Made by a program: the position numbers and the translations under genes
From: Mobula hypostoma
Taxonomy: Eukaryota
Direction of reading: 5' to 3'
DNA length: 64,000 nt
NCBI RefSeq assembly: GCF_963921235.1
Contig: NC_086108.1
Span: 45,138,001-45,202,000, forward strand
Part shown: one piece after another, positions 11,086-24,350 of the stretch
Numbering within the stretch: position 1 is the stretch's first letter
Layout of the letters: every line of letters begins with the position of its first letter
The notes under the pieces: generated by a model
What the model saw: only the letters and a program-made list of their open reading frames with translations
Told to the model about the DNA's origin: nothing
The model's database searches: none

Positions 11086-14064
11086 AATATGTGACTCTTC
11101 AAAGAAAAGTCTGACATTGTAATTGCAATCGTGAACTTTAAGAAGGAAGATCCAGCAAAAAAATACCTTTCCTTCTCATTCAGTAGTACTAGGTGGAAAG
11201 TGATTTAGATAATGATGCCTGTAGCTGTGATATCTTCCATAACAGGCCAGCCTGTTGTCAGTCTGGGCTTCCACATGAAAACCAGCCATTTGAGTAAAGT
11301 ATATACTCGTCTTCTTAGAACTCAACCGCAAGTGGCTCAATTTTTTTTTCAGGGGTAGTACAGATCTTGAAGAAGAACTAGGCAAATCAGTAATTTGTGG
11401 CTTAGTGATACACAGTCACATCGTAGAAGACTGCAGTTCGGTGTTAAAACTTAGAGAACTCCACTGTTCTTCTATATTGAGGCCTCACCCAAGGGTTAGA
11501 TCATTTGGAAGGTAGATCATGATGTGATACGGTAAGATGGGAGGAAGATCCTATAGGAAACAAACGAAGAAATAATGGGATCAGTGAGCATGAGAAAGAG
11601 TATAGAGGAATGATTCTTATGCAGCATATCTTTCTGCTTGTACAATTATTTTCAAGGATTTAACAGTTCTAGCGGTGATTACATTCTGCCAAAATAATAA
11701 TTGATTCCTGAAAGATTTGCGTAAAATAGTGGCAGGGTAAATGCTGTAACTTAATAAACCAAATTCATCCTGTGTAACTATGGGCTTGGCAAGAGAAACA
11801 AAAACAAGTGAAACTTTTGTTCATGCGTGTAATAAGTTTAAATTAAACAATATCCTAACAGAAACAATTATGGCAGTGGGCATTGGCTCAGTTACTGCTC
11901 TGGCAGTCGGCAATAAAGCAAAACCACATAATCCAGGAACTCAAGTAAATTGTCAGTCAGAAAATCACTATCAACATATGGCTGGTGGATTTCACATTTT
12001 TATAGAATCCAGGCCAGCAATATGTACAAAATAAATCAAAACCAAGTTATGACCCCATAGACGTTTAATCTTCGTTAATTGACAATGCAGCTTTTGAGCT
12101 TTAAGTTGAATGATTGCTTATGTATTAGTTTGAGTTTTTGCTATATTTATTAGCTTGTTTTATTTGAGTTTGAAAACAAGCCTTTCGGCTTCCCACAGAT
12201 ATTAACATTATAGTATAAATTCTGACTCCAAGAAGAAACACGATGGGACTCCCCAAAAGAGAAATGCACTGCTTTTGTTCGCCAAAACAGTAGGTTACAA
12301 GTTAGACTGAGGAAGTTGGGATCACACTGTAGAGTGATCTGTTCACATTGTGCTTTAAACACCACGTATGTTCTGGCCACTGAGACACCAGGGAGACTGC
12401 TAGGCATTGGAGGCATTGCAGAGAAGAGTCAGCCGCACTCAACCTCAACATGAGAGATGTTATGTTATATTCAAATACTCAAAAAGCAAGTTCTTCAACC
12501 TTTGAAGGAAATGCCAAATGTTCATGTAATTTAGATAATTAACAATATAGGGAAAGTGAATCTGAAAATTTGCTTCAATGATAATTGCATAAACAAAAAT
12601 AAGCATATTTAATCAGCTGATTCTTTTTGAATGTAATTGATTGGAAAGAAGAGTGCTAATGAGAATAGAGTTAGGGGAATTATTTGTGTGTTAGTGATGA
12701 CCATGTATCATTTCAATCTTTAAGTGTACTGCTGACTTGAATTATTTTGCTAGTCATCATCACTTGGTCTAAAACACGTTTGCTTTTGGAAAGCTTTAAA
12801 CGAAGTAAATATTTATTTGCCGAAAAGATTTGTCATTCCTAGGAGAAAGGAGTTGTGAATTATAAGAAATATAGTCTGTTTCTACATGAAAACCCAAGTA
12901 TTTTTCCAATAAACCTGAGTGTTTCATTTCAGTTTTCCATGAAGTTATGAAATTCAGCATATTGAAATATGCAGCAAATAATATAAAAATTCAACAGTTC
13001 CTACAGGAATTGCCTGCGAGTAGAAAATAAATGCTATGCATTAACTTTACTATTTTCCTTTGATTGTTGTCCAATTACCAATTTATTTTTCAGCATGTTG
13101 GTTATTCCTCGATCTATTCTTCTCACATGTCTCAGGTTTATATTATATTATTTGAGTAATCTGTTTTTTGGAAGATATTGATTAGCCTTTGCTTGTTTCC
13201 CTTGTAGTCATACACTTTTATTCCACATTGTATATTTTTGTTAAGTTGACTCTGGATCCCACATGACATATAAACTCTCTCCAGATGGAACATTACAGGG
13301 ATCTGGGCTGATTTTGCCTCCTTAATCTTGGGGTGTCTTCAGAGATTGAATTTCTTTTCCAATGTAATGTAAACAGGGATAGAAACTAGGTGAAAAGTTG
13401 TTGAGTTACAAGACTTCAACCATTAAAGATATATTTTCGTCATTGAAGATTACTATGCATCATTGATAACAAACCATATTTTTTGGAAATCTCCTTAAAA
13501 AAAGTGACCACAACCCTCCCTAACAGGATAGAAAATTCCTAGATCTTTTTTAAGTGTTTGTGTCTCTGTGTGGCTTGAATCACAATATTTTGAAATAAGA
13601 TTCTGTTTTGAAATAATCTATGACAAATTTATTTTAATCAACTATTATGCTGAAGTTACTTGTAGTGCATAAACCTTTTGGAAACCTGAAGTGTAAATCT
13701 GGCCATCCAGGGATGAACCATGCTTGCTGGGAAGAATCAGCTGTGCTCAACACCGGTCTTAAGGGAACTTGCTTTAACTAGAAGATTGAATTTAATTGTG
13801 TTGTGTCAATATTGCACAAATTCTGAAGAATTTTAAAATTCCTTGAAGTCTTCTTATGGTGATGTAGGCCAAGGAGACCTATCTTCCTTCTTAATTCCAA
13901 TCACTTAACTCCTTAGGCCTTCAGTTTTAGGCCTGATTTGAAACCATTTCTTTCCTGTTAACAGTTTAGCTTGAGCTATAGCAGAATGTCCAAACTGCTT
14001 GCTGCTGGGAACCTTGGCTGAGCACAGGTCCAAAACCACCTTCAAACTTGCCAAAGGTACACAC

Positions 14065-14924
14065 TGTTGGACAAATCACAGGTGGTGAGGAGATAGATCA
14101 TGTGGTTGAGTGGTGCCACAAAAACAACCTCTTGCTCAATATCAGTAAAACTAAAGGTTTAATTGTTGACTTCAGGTAAGGGAAGGAGGGCAAACATATG
14201 CTAGTCTACATGGGGGATTGGCAGTGGAGAGGGTTAGCAGCTTTAAATTTCTGGAGTTAACATACCAGATGACCTGTCTTGGGGCTACTCCATAGATGTC
14301 ATCATAAGGAAAGCACACCAGCAACTTTATTTAGGAGTTTAAGGAAGTTTGGCTTGTCATTGAATACTAACAAAACTTCTACAGATCTACTGTTAGAAGT
14401 ATCTTAACTGCGCATCATGGTCTGGTATAGCAATCTGAATATTAGAACCTGCAGAGAGTAATGGACACCACCCAACACATCATGTGCACATCCCTCCCCA
14501 CCATTGGTAGTATCTACAGGAGGCCCTGCTTCAAGAAGGTAGCATCTGTAATCCAAGATCCTCACCATTCAGACCATGTTGTCTTTTTGCAACTAATATC
14601 GGGCAGGAGGTACAGAGGCCTGAAGTTCAACATCACCTGATTCAAGAACAGTTACTTCTCCTCAATCATTTTGTTTGTGAACTAACTGAGAAAATCCTAA
14701 TCACTACAGTTTAGCAGCACTATGAACAAATTGCACTAAATTAGAATTCTTCTGGTTCTTATTGAGTTTTCTTGTAAAGATTGTTTATAATTTGTCTAAT
14801 TTATAGTTGTCTTATGAATTTTGCTGATATCATGCTCTGTGCTGTGTTGCTGTTGCAAGTTTATCATTGCTCCTGTGCATACATGTACTTGTGCATGTGA
14901 CAATAAGCTTAACTTTGACTTTGA
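14065..14924 (+). mobile_element. Degenerate Rex1/Babar LINE 3' part
   Basis: WC..NNL.LN.SKTK.LIVDFR-like coding remnant; aataagcttaactttgactttga tail. Confidence 0.8.
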
Positions 14925-15761
14925 AGGCTGCTCAACTTCGTACAAATCCAACCCAAGTAAAATAGTTCCTCATAAAGGGAAAGACAGAAGCCAAGACCAC
15001 TCTTTCCCTTTGTTATTAGTATGTCTGTATGAAGAAACTATGGCTAATAGGTTCTGCATATTTCTGTTTCCTTATTTATTGGAACTGAATTATCCTTGAA
15101 ACTGAATTATCCTTGAAACTACTTGTGGAAAGGAATGTATTGTTGCTAGAACTTGAGCTTATATTTGGCTGACTTTCCTTGTTTCTTCTCCCCATTCCAT
15201 TTTAATAGGTGCTTAGTCCATGTGCCTCCTCATTCCCAAATCCCCTGCTCTCCACATGACCTGCCCAATAACTTTATTTTCTGTTGGTTTTGGACTACTT
15301 TCCAAATGTTGGCAGTGGATTACCTCACACGAGGCACACATGCTGCAGGGCAAACTATCTCCCAGTGTAACTCAGAGGAGATGGAGAGTGCGACCAGAAA
15401 GGTAGCCCTGACCTGTCCAAGCATTGGGGGTAACTTGTGTAGAAGTCCACCATCCTATATCATACATATTAGAAATTGACCGTAGTGTTGATAGACAAGT
15501 GGAATACTCAAAATGTGGCAATAAAATATATTATGGTTCTCCGTTTTACTCTCCCTTCTCTCTTTCCCATCCCAAACTAACCCCTTCTTTCGAAGACTCA
15601 GACTTTAACTTCGATGGAGGCAGATGAAGCCATAGAACATGGCCTTTGGCAATGGCAGCATGAGGAATTGGGTCATTTATCATACATGCCTAGTTTAAAT
15701 ATTCCATCACTGTCTGCTAGCCAGAACTGACACAGTTGACATCAGGACTAGCAGGCAATAT

Positions 15762-15857
15762 GAGTCCTGATGAAGGATCTCGGCCTGAAACGTCGACTGT
15801 GACTCCTAGAGATGCTGCCTGGCCTGCTGCGTTCACCAGCAACTTTGATGTGTGTTG
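15762..15857 (+). repeat. Penelope-derived terminal repeat
   Basis: gtcctgatgaagg..gaaacgtcgactg..gatgctgcctggcctgctgcgttcaccagcaac; same family as the copy attached to a GIY-YIG-like remnant at 47646-48052. Confidence 0.75.
15763..15798 (+). ncRNA. Minimal type-I hammerhead ribozyme motif
   Basis: Helix I agtc/gact; CTGATGA 15767-15773; helix II agg/cct; GAAA 15787-15790; palindromic ACGT helix III; GTC cleavage triplet 15792-15794. Confidence 0.7.
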
Positions 15858-16124
15858 GGACCACAAAGTACATAAAATTTGTTTGTTGCGCCAAAAATAA
15901 GAGCAAAAATAGGGAAGCAAAATAATATCAATGCATTGCTTTTGGAGCCTGCATTACTGTTCCTGAAGTCGATGCTCATAATCAGTTCACTTCCTAAATT
16001 GAGGGAAATTATGGATACTGTATGTATATTCGGGCTGAGCAAAGCTGGCGAGTTTATGATGTCCCATAAAATCACTGCAGTTCTTGCTTCCCGCACCATG
16101 AAGGGCAGGAGAATGAAAACAAGA

Positions 16125-16220
16125 AAGACGCAGCAGACTGTAGGAGCTGGAATCTGGAGGAAAGTATAGACACTGGAAGAAGTCGGTGGGTTAAGCAGCA
16201 TCTGTGGAAGCAAACAGTAT
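16125..16220 (-). repeat. Degenerate Penelope-derived terminal repeat
   Basis: ctgtaggagctggaatctggag..ctggaagaagtc..gcagcatctgtgga resembles 53575-53655. Confidence 0.5.
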
Positions 16221-16629
16221 ATGGCATTCGGTTAAGAGAGGGCAGGACTTTTTTGACCACCTCACAGTATATTTTCAGTATTCTGATTTTAATTTTATTT
16301 CTGATTTTATGCATCTGCACTATTTTGATTTTATACTTTGTGTTATGAGGCATGAAACATTCCCAAGTCACCCTGATCTCAGTGATTAATGGAGCAGGCC
16401 AGGTGTAGGTTGGATACAGAATGAAAGCCTTTCATATCTCCTCAAAAAATAGTCTTTGATTCAGAGATTCAGAATAACGTACAAACTGGATCACCTTTGT
16501 AGCAGTTGTAACATAATAAGTAAAATGCTTTAGTTTATGAAGATGTGATATAATTCATTGCCACTCGTGCATTGAAGCTCAGCATTTCCTTAATATTCAA
16601 GTGATCAATTATGTAAATAACAGGTGTCA

Positions 16630-17175
16630 CCTCGGTGTTCAGGTCCAGTTCCAGAGACTTGACTACAAAAATCTAACCTGACCTTCCAGGGTAACACCAC
16701 AGGAATACGGCGCAGAAGCAACCTTTGTCTGTGGTTTAACAATATCTAGATATTAAGAAAACCAAGGGGTAATGACGGAAAGTGACGCTGCAGTAAATGA
16801 TCTGCTGTAATTTTGCTGAAAGGTGAAACAGGCAAGAAGAGATGAATAGCTACAACTTCTATTTTTTTATGTTCTTCAGCCAAAGCGAATTGGTTTTCGC
16901 AAATCGGTGTCAAAGATTCTTTGGCCTTATTTTGAAGGAGACGAATGGCTTTATTCCTAGTAGCTTGGCAATTATTTATAAATCAATAAATATTAAAGGA
17001 ACAGAATACATGCTCAATTTTACAGTACTATATGTGGAACTTGTTGTTTACAAATTGCCTGCCATGTTTCCTACATTAGGATTGTGGCTATGCTTCAAAA
17101 GTACTTGGTTCACTCCAAAGCATTTTGGGATTTCCTCAATGGGATGTGAGAAGTGCAACATAAATAGGAATCTTT
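16630..17175 (+). mobile_element. Ancient SacSINE1/DeuSINE-like SINE remnant (head 16630-16730, tail 17030-17175)
   Basis: gttcaggtccagttccagagacttgac head; caaattgcctgccatgtttcctacatta..cttcaaaagtactt tail. Confidence 0.55.
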
Positions 17176-18029
17176 TCAGTGGATAATTTCTGCCCATTTA
17201 CAGCCCATGGAAGACTGAAAAAGCTAGGATTTAGTGTGTTTCTCTCCATGGTGATCTCACACGAAAAGATTAAAAGGTTGGGCTATCCCAGCTTCAGAGA
17301 GCAAGTGGAATGTCTCCAATGAACAAGATCGGTTATTTTCCTGAAGATACCCCACCAACATTATTGAAATTCGGAGCTCGCCATGTGGGGGGGAACTGCG
17401 AACTCAGACACAATGTATATGGTATGTTCCCAAGGTGGGCCTCCAGGAAGATAAGGTTTGGGATTTTAGATCTTGGCTTATTAATAATGTTGCTTTAAAG
17501 TAATTGGCAGTAAATGCATTTAAGCAATTCCATGGAGCATTGAAACCTAAATAAGGTGGGGTAAAAATGGAAAAAGAATAAAAGCTTCGGAATGAAAAGT
17601 TTCAGAACCCTTGTGTTTAATTCCCAATGAGCTGACCTATTGTTTCAAATATGTTTGAGTTCTGAATTGAATTGTTTTATTTGGCCGGGGCAAGTTTTGG
17701 AAAGTTTATTTATTATCCATTCTGATATCAAATGACAAAGCAGCGACTTTGTATCTCTGACAGCTGTGTCAACTTTCACAAAATCAAAGGGATTTTTTAA
17801 CATGGAGTTTAGCATTAAGGAAATTATGTTATGAAAGAAGTCTTAGGTGTGAGTAATGCTTTAGAGTAAATCCAAGCGCAACAAGGTGGCCAAAGACATG
17901 ATCAAATAGGGATGACTCCAAGCATGGGAGAGAAAACAATGAATAGGAAATTTCCGGATAGGCTTCAGAGTGCTGGCCTGTGTTGGTAAAAATTCTATCA
18001 CAGATGAAAAGAATTATAATTATGTAGGA

Positions 18030-18250
18030 TCATTCACATCCATTCCAAAGTATCTTACAGTTAGTTATGTACTTCTGAAATGTATACATTGATGCAAAAT
18101 AGCAAACAAAACATATTGTTGGTGTCACCATGAGCTTTTATTTGTGTTCTTAATGATAGGTAAGATGGAGTCACTTGTCAATTGTCGGGTCACTGAGACA
18201 TATCACAGTGACCCTGCTCCTTTTCAATACAGTGCCATGGGAGCTACTTT
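18030..18250 (-). mobile_element. SacSINE1/DeuSINE-like fragment
   Basis: ccaaagtatcttacag..gtacttctgaaatgta and ctgctccttttcaatacagtgccatggga motifs. Confidence 0.45.
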
Positions 18251-18625
18251 TGTCAATCTTACATTTTTGTTACAATTTTCATGTTAGAAACAGTGAAAGA
18301 AGACTGCCACTGCCAACTAAACCCAAGTGCAAGTGCTTTACAAACGACTCTTAACCCATCTTTGAGTAGTACGAATGTTACTTCAGTCTGTTGAGAAATA
18401 TCTAAAAAGTAAGCCTTCCAATATTGTGCAGGCTTTCCAGTGGAATTGAAGTATAAATGCAAAAGAAATCTGCATTAACAGCTCCAAATTACCAGGACTT
18501 TCCAGGTCCTGGCCAGGCACTGGTGTTTGTCAATATCTTTGAGAGTGATGAGCATCAGTGTTCTCTGATTGTAGTCGGTTTGTGGTAAACCAGAGGTTTT
18601 AGACCTCATCACAAAATTACCCATA

Positions 18626-19500
18626 CAAGTTTCCCCTGTTATCCGAAAGTAAAGCGTTCCTATGAAACCGTTCGTAAGCCGAAATGGCATAAAGCAAAGA
18701 AGCAATTACCATTAATTTATATAGGAAAAATTTATGAGTGTTCCCAGACCCAAAAAATAACCTACCAAATCATACCAAATGACACATAAAACCTAAAATA
18801 ACACTAACATATAGTAAAAGCAGGAATGATATGGTAAATACATAGCCTATCCTTCGAAACCTTGCGTCCCTTAGCCTGCTTTTCTTCTACTGAAATAAAT
18901 GTCTTGCTCAGCAATTTTTTCCAATAAATTGCAGCGTCGTCATGGTTAAACACTTGCTTATACTAATATCTACCTTCTGTAATTACTTTCTTCAGTTCTT
19001 CTGGGAATTTTTCGGCAGCTTCAGTATCAGCCAAAGCACTCCCTCCAGTAATGCACGCACAATGTCTTTATTTCGTTCACCACGATCAAAACGCTTAATT
19101 ACATCCAGTTTTATGCTAAGCGTAACACCCTTACGAGCTCTCTTAGGCTTTTCTGATACCTTAGGACACATCTTGCTAACGGATGCACAAAATAAATCGA
19201 GATAAAGCACAGATGCTCACAGACACAGTTCAAAGCTATGGCGGCTTGATGCTGAGATGCTGAGTGTAGTTCCTGGGGAAGGCGCTTGGCGGCGCCACTC
19301 TCGCTGCTCGGGGTGCGCGCTGCCTCTGTAACGGCTCGTTGCAAAACAAACACTGAACGCTATTTTCGCTTTTCGCCTTTTTTCGTAAAAGTGAAAATCC
19401 TCTTCGGATTTCTTTCGGTTAGCGAAAACGGGTACTAACGTAGGTCTTTCGTAAAAACGAAGTGGCGTAAAGCGAACTTTCGAAAAGCGGGGGATACCTG
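18626..19500 (-). mobile_element. Tigger/pogo-type DNA transposon, internally deleted
   Basis: TA on both flanks; imperfect TIRs caagtttcccctgttatccgaaagt / actttcgaaaagcgggggatacctg; ORF 18992-19210 KRARKGVTLSIKLDVIKRFDRGERNKDIVRAL resembles a CENP-B-type N-terminal HTH. Confidence 0.88.
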
Positions 19501-20900
19501 TACTTCAATTTCCATCTCTAAAGCCTAACTTGTTTCAAACTCTAGGGTTTGTTTTCTCTATTATTAGGCCTTCCTTTCCCTCCGTGTAATTTTCTGATAT
19601 TGCAACGTGGGCAACTTTTAAGTGCTCAGACTAAGAATGATGTCCAGCAGGGCATCACTTTTTTTTTTCTTCCATATTCCTCCTTTTTCATTTTAAAACA
19701 TTTGAGGATGGTGAGGACAGTAAGGGGAATAACCAATAAATTGTAGGATACTGAGAGTTATGAAGAAACAGAGATACTTTATGGTGCATGGACACCAACA
19801 TGTCAATTACTATTGGGGATTGCATCATTCTGCATTTTGCTGCTTGCCACAAATCTAACAATTTTTTTAAATGTCATAATCTTTATAAACAAATTCAACC
19901 TTTCCTGTTAATAATCATCCCAGCAGGGATCTTTCCTGTTGAAGTACAGGATTTATCCGTAATGACTTGACAGCTGGCTAAGCCATACCCTGACTTAGCT
20001 GACTACCAAAGACTAGCAAAATCTGCTGCTGCAGGTGGTGAATGGGAGATTGTAGAGGGAAAAGGCAGCAGGAGTGAATAGGTGTGAAAAAGGAGAAAGT
20101 GGGAGATTAATGACAGGGCTGCTGTGGTCCATGGAGCTCAGCATCTACAGGGAGATCACTCTTAAATGTTTTTACTTACATTTCACCACCTCTTCCTGAC
20201 TTTAGCTGTTCATTGAGCCTTCCGCTTTTAACCACTGCATACCTATCCTCTCGACCTTAGAAATCGCCATGCTCCTTGCCTCAAAAGCTCATCCAGCCAC
20301 CACTCCCATAACTCAGGCTTCATTCACTTGTAGCCACCAATCCTTTTGTAGTCACCTGTTCAATTTTTGCTGCAGTGGTGAAACTAGAAAAGGAGAGGAT
20401 TTTGTGCACATTTACTCATGATGGGTCTTAAGACCATAGACTCATACAGCACTGAAATGCCTAATGTGCCATGGAAACCATCAAGCACTCATCTACACTT
20501 ATTCCATTTGCATCACCAGCCCACTGCATCCACTGTCACCTGCTTTGCATTGAAGAACTTACAGTAGCCTACTTACCTAGCAACAGAGTGCCTTTAGCAT
20601 AAGTGTGGAACCAATATAGTTGCAGGAAAAATGTGCAAAGTCCATGTAAGCTAGGGCAAGTTGCAAAGGTGAAAGCACAAATAAGTGTTGGTCTTCCACT
20701 CCTTGTTGCCTAATATGCCCTTTGTGGTGTCGAACAATTTCGAAGCCTGTAGAATAGGTTTAAGTTAGGCTTCAGCTGTGTGGCATACTTTCCAGTGCGT
20801 TCCATTCTTGCACCATTCCTCTGCTCCATGCTGTTGATAGTTTACCGAGGCTCATACATGAAACACCAAAGCAACACTCTCAGTCAACAATGACTTTGGG

Positions 20901-21110
20901 AATAGACAATAGACAATAGGTGCAGGAGTAGGCCATTCGGCCCTTCGAGCCAGCACCGCCATTCACTGTGATCATGGCTGATCATCCACAATCAGTACCC
21001 CGTTCCTGCCTTCTCCCCATATCCCTTGACTCCTCTATCATTAAGAACTCTATCTAACTCTTTCTTGAAAGTATCCAGAGAATTGGCCTCCACTGCCTTC
21101 TGAGGCAGAG
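20901..21110 (-). mobile_element. CR1 3' end, apparently young
   Basis: (aatagac)n tail plus gtgcaggagtaggccattcggcccttcgagcc; CpGs retained. Confidence 0.8.
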
Positions 21111-21111
21111 C

Positions 21112-21870
21112 TGAGGCTGAGGAAGGGGAAGGAGGGTGAATATACACCACTTACACTGAGGGATCAGCAGTGGATGGAGTTAGCAGTTTTTAAATTGCTG
21201 AGCATGAATGTATTAGATGTTCTGTCTTGAGCCCAGCACATAGATGCGATCATAAGCAATGCACGCCAGCATCTTTACTTCAATAGGAGGTTCATTTTTG
21301 CACTGAATACGCCAACAAACCTACAGATGCACTGCTGAAAGGAATCTGACTGGATGGATCATGATCTGGCACAACAATTTGAATGCACAGGAATGTAAGA
21401 AGCTGGAGGGAGTAGTGGAGCCAGCCCAAAACATCATCGGCACATCCTCCCCTCCACTGGTAATACCTGCAGGAGGTGCTGTCTCAGGAGGGCAATCTAT
21501 CATCAGAGATTCCCACTGTCCAAACCATGCTATCTTTTGGCAACTATTGTTGGCAGGAGGTACAGAAGCATGAAATCTCACACCACCTGGTTCAAAACCA
21601 ACTATTTTCCTTCAACCATTTGGTTCTTGAACCAACTGACAAAACCCTGACCACTATAGTTTAGCAATACTGTGACCACTCTGTCAACTTTGCACTAACA
21701 TGGATGTTTTTGTTCTAATTGTTAAAGTTTGTGTACAGTTTATGTTTAGTTTTATGTTTTTCTTGTGAATTCTCCTTGTGTGATGCCTTGTGCCCGAGGT
21801 GCCACTGCAAGTAAGTTTTTCCATTGCATACGTGTACTTGTGCATGTGACAATAAACTCAACTTCCACTT
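21112..21870 (+). mobile_element. Rex1/Babar LINE 3' fragment
   Basis: ORF 21361-21573 (WHNNLNAQECKKL..AQNIIGTS); 3'UTR similar to that of 14065-14924. Confidence 0.8.
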
Positions 21871-22699
21871 GGAAGCATAACGGCTCAGATGAGGATACAG
21901 GGAGAGATGTTGGTGCTGATATTATTATATTGCTACATAAATCAGGAGATGTAGACATGTATGATGGTTGAAAGGCTAGGGTTTGGTGGGGAATGATTCA
22001 GATTTGATGAAGGGGAGGGGATATTATTGGAAAGAAAAGAAAGCTGATTTCAGAACTAATATTGTGCAACCATCTGTGGAGAAGCAGTAGTCACTTTTTG
22101 AGTTTAAAGTTCATGGTCTTTTTAGAAAGTGCGCTGAAAATCTTTTATCCAGCCAACTGAGATTAAAACATGCAATACATGAGCAAATGAAATTCAAGAC
22201 ACGTAAGCCCACATTAGTCAGACAAGGATAATTAAGTATGCATCTCAAGAAATAGTTTCGTAATGTAAATCTTTAGGGATTAAGAAACTGATTTTGGAAA
22301 GTCTTATGACTCCACAGGGTTTTGATAGAACTTTCTCTTTTTTCACAACTTGTTCTTTTGGAACTCTGGTGGTTGTGAGCCACTTACAAACAAAGAAGTT
22401 CTGTTTTTTTTTGTTGTTCTGTTATGTTTGGCCAAGCAGACAGAACTGAGGCGTTTGAACACAGTTCAAGCAACTGACAATCCTGGAACCCTTATCTAGG
22501 GCAGGCTTCTCACTGAACATTTTTGAAGAGCTCAGGTAAAGGATGTGGGGCAATTGAAACAACTACAGAGAAGGCCAGAGAAAAGCTGAAGTATTGCCAC
22601 AGAGGTCAGGTTTAAAAACTTCTGGATTGCAAGAAAAAAGAAAATCTAGATTAGCTTAAATCGATCAGAATTCCTTTGTATAATCCTCTCTTATGACTT

Positions 22700-22940
22700 C
22701 AGAATATCATCAAAGATTAAATAACTAATTAAATACAGTTAATGCATAGTCACACTCACACTTGGAACAAAGGGCAACATGGTGGACAGTTGTGCACAGC
22801 AAGGACAACATGCAACAATGGGAATAAATAACTGGATGGTCTGCTTTAAATTACATTGGTTGAGGGATGAACATTGATCAGGATCATAGGGAGAACTGCT
22901 CTGTTTTCCTATGATGGTATTGGATCATTAATGTGTGCAT
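22700..22940 (-). mobile_element. SacSINE1/DeuSINE-like fragment
   Basis: ttgtgcacagcaag..ttggttgagggatgaacattgatcagga..gggagaact. Confidence 0.45.
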
Positions 22941-23239
22941 GAAATTGCATTAATTAACTTCCTGACTGTATGATTTTCCTGAGTTTTGAGGTGCACGTAA
23001 AAGTGGGCTGATTGCAATGGAAAAGGAGAAGCTCTGAGAGGCCGTTCTGACCTTTTCTGTCCATTCTACTCGAGCCTCAATTTTTCCATGAGCAAACACT
23101 TGTAAATATGTGATTAAGACATCAGCTTGTAAAAACAGTAATGAAATGAAAATCTGTTGAAAATGAAAATGTAATTTAAAATGAAGGTAGTTTTTTTATT
23201 TTTTAGTGTTTATTGTTTTAGTATTTTTTAGTGTTTAGT

Positions 23240-23933
23240 GACGGCGGGAGGAGAAGATGGCGGCGCGACGCAGCTCGCAGTGGCCACTCCGGTGGTGATG
23301 TCTGTTATTTGTCAAGTAGGGTGCCGTGCACAATCCTGATTTGATGGAGACGGACGTGAGAGCACGGAGGAACATCTGGTGAAACTTCTGAAATGCCTGC
23401 TTTGCTGCTGCTGATGCTACTGTGTGGTCCAGAATCAACGGAGGGGAAGGCCCCCCAGTCCTCGGCTTTGCTTGTTGCTTGGTGGCCGGGGCGGGGTTGA
23501 AGCACTCGGCAGAGGATGGTGCTCGGAGAGGCTGTATCGGAGGGGCTGGTCAGAAGCTTGAAGTTTTCGGACGGACTCAGAGTCCGCTGCGGTCGGGTGC
23601 TTCCAATGGTGGTGCATCGGCAAGTTTGCGGCGCTTGGAGGTTCATGGCAGAGAGAGTTTCTCTCTTCTACCGTCTGTGTGAGATGATGAGGCTATTGGG
23701 ACTTCGAGACTTTTTTTTACCGTGCCCATGGTCTGCTCTTTATCAAATTATGGTATTGCTTTGCACTGTTGTAACTATATGTTATAATTATGTGGTTTTG
23801 TCAGTTTTAGTCTTGGTTTGTCCTGTGTTTTCTGGTGATATCATTCTGGAGGAATGTTGTATCATTTTTTAATGCATGCATTTCTAAATGACAATAAACG
23901 AGGACTGAGTGTCCTTATAATCTAATGTAATCT
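23240..23933 (+). mobile_element. CpG-rich non-autonomous retroposon-like element
   Basis: 5' aagatggcggcg (YY1-like); GC/CpG-rich body without a recognisable ORF; 3' gacaataaa, aggac/gtcct hairpin and (taatc)n-like tail. Confidence 0.65.
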
Positions 23934-23989
23934 GTTTCTGTGGCATTCCAAAGAGTATTACAAGAACAGATAATGGTTTATTTGGTGTT

Positions 23990-24112
23990 ACTTACTGGGT
24001 TCTCTTTATCTAGTTTTAGGACTATCTAGTGAAGAACTGATCACATTTTAGGTCATATTTATGCAGAAATAGAGAAAGTTCTACAGGGTTCACAAACTTA
24101 CTAGCACCACTG
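23990..24112. mobile_element. Tc1-like transposon terminus
   Basis: Ends gggttcacaaacttactagcaccactg followed by TA (CAGTG-type TIR). Confidence 0.6.
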
Positions 24113-24350
24113 TATATCATGCAATGCCTCCTCATTTCTTATAACTGGTTTAAATGGTAAACCTCTCTACAAGTGATAAGCATTTGAACATTGAGCTGAA
24201 TTTTTGTTTCAGACAGAAGAAAGCTTCTTCAACTGTCAGTTCTCTTCAGGTGTGCAATTTGAGGATGACCAGTGGTGTCATCTCTCATTCCTGCATGAAG
24301 AATGTGAATGAAGAGTACATGCTGCAAGCTGATCGCAACATAGTTTGTTA

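Noticed and set aside
12228..12453. Open frame of about 75 codons as an exon
   Set aside because: No recognisable protein and no convincing splice sites
18992..19210. Domesticated TIGD/CENP-B gene
   Set aside because: Only the HTH fragment is present, enclosed by TIRs and TA flanks
23240..23700. CpG island or host first exon
   Set aside because: It ends in a retroposon-like tail, has no clear splice donor and its ORFs are unrecognisable; a repeat origin is more likely but not proven
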